IMG/VR virus record: IMGVR_UViG_3300045988_033060
Location: 1 to 12,174 of that record
DNA length: 12,174 bases
Direction: 5' to 3' (one strand)
DNA from: a virus
Translations under genes and position numbers: made by a program
Shown: positions 1 to 5,759 of the stretch, in pieces
Layout of the letters: the number at the start of each line of letters is the position of its first letter
Numbering within the stretch: the first letter of the stretch is position 1
The notes under the pieces: model-generated
The model's input: only the letters and a program-made list of their open reading frames with translations
Told to the model about the DNA's origin: nothing
Databases searched by the model: none

Positions 1-149
1 AAAGGTACACAAAGCACGCAGATTTAACATTTCCCAACACATATTTAACAGATGCTAACACACTTTGGCACGTTTTTTGCTATGCCACATTTACGATTCT
101 TTAACATATTTAGCACACCGCAACTTTTGTTAAACTTTCATAAAAATAA

Positions 150-230
150 TGTTTCACGTGGAACGGTGGCAAAGTGATTGTTTCACGTGGAACAAATGAG
201 GGGTATGTTATAAATGTTTCACGTGGAACA
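150..230 (+). promoter_or_regulatory. Array of three direct copies of the dyad motif TGTTTCACGTGGAAC(A) in the left ITR (candidate protein-binding or iteron-like sites)
   Basis: The GTTTCACGTGGAAC core occurs at 151-164, 180-193 and 216-229, giving 29- and 36-bp spacing. All three copies share the same orientation and the same deviation from perfect dyad symmetry (TTTC versus GGAA half-sites). Confidence 0.7.
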
Positions 231-285
231 TTGCAGGTGTTAACAACAGTTAATTTATTTCTTTAAGACTTTTTAACGAAAATAA

Positions 286-317
286 TTTGGTTGGTTCGCA
301 AAAACGTGGTATCTTTG
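286..317 (+). promoter_or_regulatory. Bacteroidota-type promoter inside the left ITR (-33 TTTG, -7 TAnnTTTG), driving the plus-strand arm
   Basis: TTTG lies at 286-289, followed by 20 nt and then TAtcTTTG at 310-317. The predicted transcription start site (TSS) falls at about 322-325, at the ITR boundary. The first ATG is at 364. Confidence 0.65.
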
Positions 318-363
318 CACCGTTATTAAGAAACATAAGTTGAACAATTAAAATTATAAAATT

Positions 364-693
364 ATGGCAAAGTATAATATTACAGTGAAAGCTAACAGTA
401 ACGCAATTTGTAACGGCACACGTTTTACAAAAGATATTCCATTTCCATCTACTGTTATAAACGGTAATATGAATGATGTAGCAAATCATATTAATAAGAT
501 GCTAACGGGAATTTATAATATTAATCGAATCTCTATACAGGGTGTGCGTTATCCTAAAACTATGTATGCTTATAAAAGCAACATTGCAGATATTTACGCT
601 ATCGGTTACGGTTTCGTAACTGTAACTAACATTTATAGCGGTGAGTACATCGAAACATTACGTTACGAGTTTACAGCCGAAAGAATCGGTTAA
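364..693 (+). CDS. Hypothetical protein (109 aa), first gene of the left arm
   Basis: The ATG is the first one downstream of the ITR promoter. The ORF is followed by a perfect 10-bp hairpin. I recognise no motif. The antisense ORF 250-489 is judged spurious. Confidence 0.6.
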   Translation: MAKYNITVKANSNAICNGTRFTKDIPFPSTVINGNMNDVANHINKMLTGIYNINRISIQGVRYPKTMYAYKSNIADIYAIGYGFVTVTNIYSGEYIETLRYEFTAERIG

Positions 694-701
694 TATTAAC
701 T

Positions 702-727
702 GCCTGTAAGGTTCACCCCTTACAGGC
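702..727 (+). terminator. Stem-loop after the 109-aa gene (possible attenuator or RNA-stability element)
   Basis: gcctgtaagg (702-711) pairs perfectly with ccttacaggc (718-727) around a 6-nt loop. The trailing ttaaaataatt is A/T-rich but is not a clean U-tract. Confidence 0.35.
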
Positions 728-743
728 TTAAAATAATTGATAT

Positions 744-947
744 ATGAAACAGTCATATTTTAGAATCACATTGAAACAAGCCGGTGAAGTTACGGTTTTT
801 ATGGTACGCTCAGACAAAGTAAGCGAGTTCTTTAATAATAAGATTGATTACTTACAGAGCAATTGTTCAATAACAGTAAAGGGGCGTTTTCAAACGCACA
901 AAGATTCTCGCAAGTGGTTTATTGTTACACCAATAGAAAATAAATAA
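744..947 (+). CDS. Hypothetical protein (67 aa)
   Basis: It is tightly packed between neighbouring genes on the same strand, with 5 nt between its stop codon and the next ATG. No motif recognised. Confidence 0.55.
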   Translation: MKQSYFRITLKQAGEVTVFMVRSDKVSEFFNNKIDYLQSNCSITVKGRFQTHKDSRKWFIVTPIENK

Positions 948-952
948 GTGAT

Positions 953-1375
953 ATGAAAAAGATTAAGTACTTTAAATTGTCTGAGTTCATCAACTCAGCA
1001 ACAGCAAAACGTTTGGGCATTGATAATATGCCATCGTTTGAAGTAGTTGATAACTTGAATCGTTTGGCTGATTATTTAGATGGTATTCGTGCAAAGTTGG
1101 GTAAACCAATTTTAGTTAATAGTGGGTATCGTTGCCCGATGCTTAATAAGGCTGTCGGTGGGGTTGTTAACAGTCAACACCAAAAAGGTTTAGCCGCTGA
1201 TTTGGTTTGTGCTGATATGGAATCTTTAGAAAAGGTTCTAAGAGAAACAGGTGGTTATGACCAACTTATTAAAGAACATCGTAAGGGTTCGAAAAGTTTT
1301 TGGTTTCACGTTTCAGTTTGTAACCGTAACGGCAAACCACGTAACCAAATAATTATGAATCTAGAAAAGAAATAA
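953..1375 (+). CDS. Peptidase M15-family (D-Ala-D-Ala carboxypeptidase-like, zinc) peptidoglycan hydrolase; candidate endolysin
   Basis: YFKLSEF...SGYRCPMLNKAVGGVVNSQHQKGLAADL contains the H-x6-D zinc-ligand signature. A later His sits in FWFHVS. The size and layout are typical of phage M15 endolysins. No signal peptide or transmembrane segment is present. Confidence 0.85.
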   Translation: MKKIKYFKLSEFINSATAKRLGIDNMPSFEVVDNLNRLADYLDGIRAKLGKPILVNSGYRCPMLNKAVGGVVNSQHQKGLAADLVCADMESLEKVLRETGGYDQLIKEHRKGSKSFWFHVSVCNRNGKPRNQIIMNLEKK

Positions 1376-1377
1376 TT

Positions 1378-1626
1378 ATGGAAAAACCGTTGGAACTTCT
1401 TTTAAATTCGGTTAAAGGTTCAATAGATAGTTTACAATATGTTGCAGACCAAACAACAGATATAAACGGTATGGTTTTAATTTCTGTTATTGATGTTTTA
1501 AAGGCGCAAGAACTAGTAATAAGAAACATTTCTTGTATTTTAGATAAAGAAAAATCAATTAAAAACCGTGCTTTGGATTTTATTTGCAAAAAAGGTTTTA
1601 TAATAGAATTTTATAAAACAAAATAA
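1378..1626 (+). CDS. Hypothetical protein (82 aa), last gene of the left arm
   Basis: Its ATG lies 2 nt after the M15 stop codon, and its own stop sits directly before the convergent terminator. It is preferred over the antisense ORF 1353-1589. Confidence 0.55.
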   Translation: MEKPLELLLNSVKGSIDSLQYVADQTTDINGMVLISVIDVLKAQELVIRNISCILDKEKSIKNRALDFICKKGFIIEFYKTK

Positions 1627-1628
1627 GA

Positions 1629-1660
1629 AAACAGGCGGTAACAATTTTACCGCCCGTTTC
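1629..1660. terminator. Bidirectional intrinsic terminator between the convergent arms
   Basis: ggcggtaa (1634-1641) pairs with ttaccgcc (1647-1654). The stem is extended by aaac/gttt pairing. It is flanked by an A-run on the left and a T-run on the right. It lies between the stop at 1626 (+) and the stop at 1663 (-). Confidence 0.7.
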
Positions 1661-1662
1661 TT

Positions 1663-3465
1663 TTATAAATAAACGCCTGTTTCAAGTTGTGAAATAATTT
1701 CGTCATATTCAGAAACCAAAAGATTTGCAGCGTTTAAATTCACGTTTGCAAACTGTGCAAAACCTGTAACTGTATTTATAGTTACATTTTCTTGCGTGTT
1801 GTTTACAGGAACGTCAACGGTTAAATTCTCAGTAATCAATACATAAGGTTCTAAACCGTACAAAATTTGTTCGTTCCACCGTTCACCGCCAACAACGTTT
1901 AAATCTGTTCCCAAACGGTAAAGAACATCACGTGACAAAGAAAAACTTTCAATTTGGAACGTTACACCTTCACACGATAACAACGCCACGGCATCCCCTG
2001 TAATCACGTTTACTTTGATAGATAAATTAACCGCTTTACCGATATATTTATTATCAATAGAAACAACGCCACGGCACGGAATAAACATTTGTATCTGTGC
2101 GTTAAAGTCTTCGTTGTTACCGTTTGCGCCTGTTAGTTCAACGTTTCCGAAATCTAGCACAATAACATCACTATCGGGATATTTAACCTTTATCCCCGTG
2201 TTGTAGTTACCGCATTTAAGAACGTCTTCACCGCCAACGGGCACGGTAGCAAATATTCTTTTGATACGGTTTACATAATCACCCAAATTCACTTCTGAAT
2301 AATTTGTGCCCGTGTCACTTTCACCGATTGGTTTAAAGAAACGTTTCTTTGCAAATTCATTCAAATTATCCAACGTAACGATATAAACGTTTATTGCACC
2401 GTAATTTTTAATTGTTGGCGGTTGTATCACATTTGCATTTGCATAAACCGTTAAATGTGCAGACCCTGTTGTAAGTTCAAACGTTATATTTCCCGTTTGC
2501 TTATCTTCTGAAATTGTGCCCTGGTTTGAAACCCAATTACCAATTTCATTTTGGTAATTAACTTGAATCTCTGTTAATTCCGAATTAGGGTTTGCTCTGA
2601 AATTAAAAGTGTAACTTTGCCCCGTTTTAACCTTTACAGGTTTATCGCCAACGATTTCGCAATTAATCAAACTGTAATTAACTTCGATAAAATCGCCTAA
2701 CAGATACTCGCCATTGATAACAACAGATTCCGTTGCTATAGGTACAATAGCCGTTGCAGTTTGGTTTGTTACAGTCATATTGTACGTATCGCCACCGTAT
2801 GTTATTGTAGGTGTGCCGTTAAACATTCCATTTGCGTTTCCTGTAACCGTGACGGTGTAATTTGTTTCACTTGCAACAGAACTTGCCGTTGTGTTCTGAA
2901 TATTGTTGGTTATTTGCAGTTCCTTTACACCTGCGATAAATTCACCCGTTAACGTTATTTTTGCGTTACTTGAACAATTTACAGTAAGTGTTCCAACATT
3001 TCCATTTATTGCAAAATCGCCCTGTTTCCAATCACCGAAAACACCTTGATACGTTGCAGTTAAACTTTTAAACGTACCGTCACCGTTACCCGTTACCGTT
3101 ATAATAAAATGGTCTTCGTCTTCACCCTGTTCGTCTGTAATTGTAACATCACCCTTTAAACCTGTTGTGTTGTAAGTTAACAACGTCGTTGGCGTTGGTG
3201 AACTTGCAACAAATTCACCTGTTAACGAAATTCGTGTGTTACTTGAACAATTTACAGTAAGTGTTCCAACATTTCCATTTATTGTAAAATCCCCCTGTTT
3301 CCAATCACCGAAAACACCTTGATACGTTGCAGTTAAACTTTTAAACGTACCATCACCGTTACCCGTTACCGTTATAATAAAATGGTCTTCGTCTTCACCC
3401 TGGTTGTCGGTAATTGTAACATCACCCTTTAAATATGTTGTGTCGTATCTCAATAAATTATCCAT
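1663..3465 (-). CDS. Tail structural protein (600 aa): N-terminal tandem beta-sandwich-like repeats fused to a C-terminal region resembling the phi29 gp9 tail-knob C-terminus; candidate tail tip or receptor-binding protein
   Basis: It is the last gene of the late operon. Residues 4-86 and 95-177 are near-identical repeats, followed by more divergent VTVTGN-type modules. The C-terminal ...MFIPCRGVVSIDNKYIGKAVNLSIKV... and ...FAQFANVNL...EYDEIISQLETGVYL recall, from memory, phi29 gp9 segments MYPYCVTEITDF... and FNYVQTKD...LQEIRTIFDNGITLW. Confidence 0.55.
   Translation of the reverse strand: MDNLLRYDTTYLKGDVTITDNQGEDEDHFIITVTGNGDGTFKSLTATYQGVFGDWKQGDFTINGNVGTLTVNCSSNTRISLTGEFVASSPTPTTLLTYNTTGLKGDVTITDEQGEDEDHFIITVTGNGDGTFKSLTATYQGVFGDWKQGDFAINGNVGTLTVNCSSNAKITLTGEFIAGVKELQITNNIQNTTASSVASETNYTVTVTGNANGMFNGTPTITYGGDTYNMTVTNQTATAIVPIATESVVINGEYLLGDFIEVNYSLINCEIVGDKPVKVKTGQSYTFNFRANPNSELTEIQVNYQNEIGNWVSNQGTISEDKQTGNITFELTTGSAHLTVYANANVIQPPTIKNYGAINVYIVTLDNLNEFAKKRFFKPIGESDTGTNYSEVNLGDYVNRIKRIFATVPVGGEDVLKCGNYNTGIKVKYPDSDVIVLDFGNVELTGANGNNEDFNAQIQMFIPCRGVVSIDNKYIGKAVNLSIKVNVITGDAVALLSCEGVTFQIESFSLSRDVLYRLGTDLNVVGGERWNEQILYGLEPYVLITENLTVDVPVNNTQENVTINTVTGFAQFANVNLNAANLLVSEYDEIISQLETGVYL
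2935..3456 (-). repeat. Tandem duplication (273-nt period) inside the 600-aa tail gene
   Basis: 2935-3183 aligns with 3208-3456 at a fixed 273-nt offset. There are long identical runs and only scattered substitutions, most clustered near the copy boundaries. Confidence 0.95.
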
Positions 3466-3468
3466 ACC

Positions 3469-3912
3469 TTAAACGTTACCTTTAATAGTTACCATAATAA
3501 TACTACCTGTTTCATTCAACAACCCTTTATTCGGAAAATCTAGTTTTCTGATATTCGGGCGAGCATCAACCACATTTGTACGGTTTGAAAGATATTTGTT
3601 ACCGTTTTCACTTTTCGTTAACGTTGCGGTACTGTTTAAGATAATATCCTTATAAGTAAACAGAACGTCAATACGCAAACGAACTGTACAAATATCACCG
3701 TCTTGCTGTTTCTCAGAAACGAAATAATAACGGTTCAAACTTTCGATGTAAACGTAATTGAAAGTTACAGGCGTGCGAGTTCTGAAACGTACAACAGGTG
3801 TTAACACGTTGAATGTCGCATTTAACACGCCCGTATATTCTTCGTTTACCTGTAAATTCTTGTTTACTTCGTTGGGTTTGCCATCGTAAACGAAAGTTTT
3901 AATTTTAATCAT
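3469..3912 (-). CDS. Tail protein (147 aa) resembling the N-terminal domain of the phi29 gp9 tail knob
   Basis: It lies directly upstream of the 600-aa tail gene, separated by 3 nt. FNYVYIESLNRYYFVSEKQQDGDICTVRLRIDVLFTY recalls gp9 [41 protein letters not shown] (from memory). Confidence 0.45.
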   Translation of the reverse strand: MIKIKTFVYDGKPNEVNKNLQVNEEYTGVLNATFNVLTPVVRFRTRTPVTFNYVYIESLNRYYFVSEKQQDGDICTVRLRIDVLFTYKDIILNSTATLTKSENGNKYLSNRTNVVDARPNIRKLDFPNKGLLNETGSIIMVTIKGNV

Positions 3913-3925
3913 ACCTTTAAAGTTT

Positions 3926-3966
3926 AAAAGGGTGTTTCCTGTGCTATCAACTACAGGAAAACACCC
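3926..3966 (-). terminator. Intrinsic terminator or attenuator downstream of the capsid gene
   Basis: gggtgtttcctgt (3930-3942) pairs with acaggaaaacaccc (3953-3966) with one bulge. On the minus-strand transcript the hairpin is followed by UUUUAAACUUU. Confidence 0.6.
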
Positions 3967-3986
3967 TCAACAGTTAAACAATCAAA

Positions 3987-5171
3987 CTAGGCAACAAAGA
4001 ACACAACAAAGTTTTCGTTTGTGTCGTTGAAGTAGCCAGCATCGAATTTGAAGTAATTGTTGAAAAATTCTGCTTTGGCGTTGTAGTTTGTAGTTACACG
4101 CTTATCCAAATTGGTAACACCCAAAGCGTCACGGTCAAACATCACACCCAACACTCCACCGATAGAAACAGTTGCACCACTAGCAGATTTTACATCAATC
4201 TTTGAAACATTGGCGAAAGCGTAATCTGTGCCCGTTGCTTGCCAACTTGCCACGGTTTCCGCTTGTGGTAACAAAACGTTCTCATTATGGAACGTGTCTG
4301 CATACAGGTATGTTTTCGCAGCTGCTGCGAAATCTGACAACAGAACTGTATGCAAAACGTCTTTAGGTGTGAAACGTTCCTTACCGCCAACGTTAAACAG
4401 GGTTGAAATTGTCTGCAATCTGTCTGCATACAAACCCATCACATATGCAGCAAAACGGATAAAGTCTGGTGTTGTTACCGCTACATCTGCGTTCAAAGAT
4501 GCACCCGTCTTATCATTGTAAAGTTTCAACAGGTTCACACATCTAACTGTTGAAGCACTTGCATAGTCAACAGTTTCGTGTGTTGATGGAACGAAACCAA
4601 ATGCGGCTTTGTCTGCGTCCAGGGTTTCCGCAATCATATTGTTGATAGTACGCATAACAAGTGCGTCTGTCTTAATAGTCATTGACTTTTCAACTGCTGA
4701 GTAAATCATAGACAAAAAGCCGTTCAACTGTTCTGCGCTGCTAAAAGATTCCTTTACCTGTCTTTCAGTGATAGACACTGGAACTTCAAAAGTTACCTTT
4801 GAATTGAAGAACTTAGCAGAAACAGTTGGCTTGTGAAACACGTCCTGTTTGTACTCTGTACCGTCCGTAAGATTCCAACTATCATTTTCCTCAGCCTGTG
4901 GAACGTCAGCGGAAATTTTTTCCAATACAGAACCGAATTCCCAAGCGTCCATAAGAACCGATGGAACTTTACCACTGTAAGGGCGGTTAACGAAAACCAC
5001 TTTACCAATGTGGTTTACAAGTGACTTCACGTAATTATCAACGGCATTCTGATTAAAAACTTCATTGCCCAAATCAACAATACCTGTTAAATCTTCTTTT
5101 ACAATACCTGTTTTGCCCAATACTTCACCCGATACGGTGTTAACTAAACTATAAATCTGTTTTACTTCCAT
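3987..5171 (-). CDS. Major capsid protein, phi29 gp8-like (HK97 fold), lacking the C-terminal Ig-like domain
   Basis: Three segments parallel remembered phi29 gp8 segments. [23 protein letters not shown] parallels [36 protein letters not shown] parallels [23 protein letters not shown]...NFVVFFVA parallels VDKDWFMV...NAVAFVS. Its size, its position and the terminator behind it fit an abundant late protein. Confidence 0.85.
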   Translation of the reverse strand: [394 protein letters not shown]

Positions 5172-5189
5172 TTTTATAAAAATTAAGTA

Positions 5190-5759
5190 TTAATAAATAT
5201 CTATTGTTAACTCTTTTGCAAGTTCTGTTATTACTTGCGTTTTGAAATTAGTTTTGCGCAAACTCATTTCTTTTTGAATAATTTCGCTAGTAGGAACACT
5301 AGATGGGAAACCGTTTTTAACAACTGTTTTCGTGCCCGTTTCTTGTCGGTTTCCTGTGGAATCTCTTTGCTGCTTTGTGTCATTGCCGAAATCTCCATCA
5401 TTAAAAGTTACACTTGAATCAATGGTGTTGTTATTGCCTGTTTCGTCAACGGTGTTATTTGTTGTTTCCGTTGTCTTTGATGTTACAGGGTTCAACACAT
5501 CATATTCGTTATTAAACACTTGAATCTGTTTTTGCCATTCATCAAACTTCACCGTAATAATGCTTTTAACAATATCCGTTGCGGTTTCAGTTGTCACGGC
5601 ATCAACTAGAGTTCTGTTTCCATATTTGAAACGTAAATCAATATCAATTAATTTCGGGTCATCTTCCCCGAAAATTGATTCGTACAAAACAGGAAACAGG
5701 GGTGCAAAGATTTTTTCAAACAAACCATTTTCACCCGTGAAAAGTTCACTAAGTTTCAT
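5190..5759 (-). CDS. Virion-associated protein (189 aa); lower-collar or head-tail adaptor candidate, alternatively a scaffold
   Basis: Its start overlaps the portal stop by 11 nt. A helical N-terminal part is followed by a Thr/Asn/Asp-rich central stretch. Its position directly after the portal mirrors the phi29 gp10-gp11 order. No motif recognised. Confidence 0.4.
   Translation of the reverse strand: MKLSELFTGENGLFEKIFAPLFPVLYESIFGEDDPKLIDIDLRFKYGNRTLVDAVTTETATDIVKSIITVKFDEWQKQIQVFNNEYDVLNPVTSKTTETTNNTVDETGNNNTIDSSVTFNDGDFGNDTKQQRDSTGNRQETGTKTVVKNGFPSSVPTSEIIQKEMSLRKTNFKTQVITELAKELTIDIY

Larger units (their letters stand above)
1..323. repeat. Left inverted terminal repeat (323 bp, perfect)
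   Basis: I compared 1-323 by eye, block by block, with the reverse complement of 11852-12174 and found them identical. Identity breaks at 324 (t versus g). The terminus begins 5'-AAAGGTACAC. Confidence 0.97.

Noticed and set aside
23-106. Recurring TTTAACA words in the outer ITR (23-29, 44-50, 100-106)
   Set aside because: These are short A/T-rich words in an A/T-rich region with irregular spacing of 21 and 56 bp. I cannot distinguish them from chance without statistics or conservation data. They are mentioned only as possible origin-region features.
250-489. 79-aa minus-strand ORF spanning the ITR boundary
   Set aside because: It runs antisense through the predicted promoter, TSS and 5' end of the 364-693 gene. 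It is directed outward toward the genome end with no promoter behind it. Its Cys/Ile-rich composition is typical of an antisense shadow ORF.
1353-1589. 78-aa minus-strand ORF opposite the 82-aa plus-strand ORF
   Set aside because: It would have to be transcribed through the bidirectional terminator at 1629-1660. The plus-strand ORF starts 2 nt after the M15 stop and ends at the terminator, which fits the operon layout better.
1929-1934. Additional CACGTG hexamers (here and at 9221-9226)
   Set aside because: They lack the GTTT/RAAC flanks of the 14-16-nt motif and lie inside coding sequence. They are most simply chance occurrences of a 6-mer.
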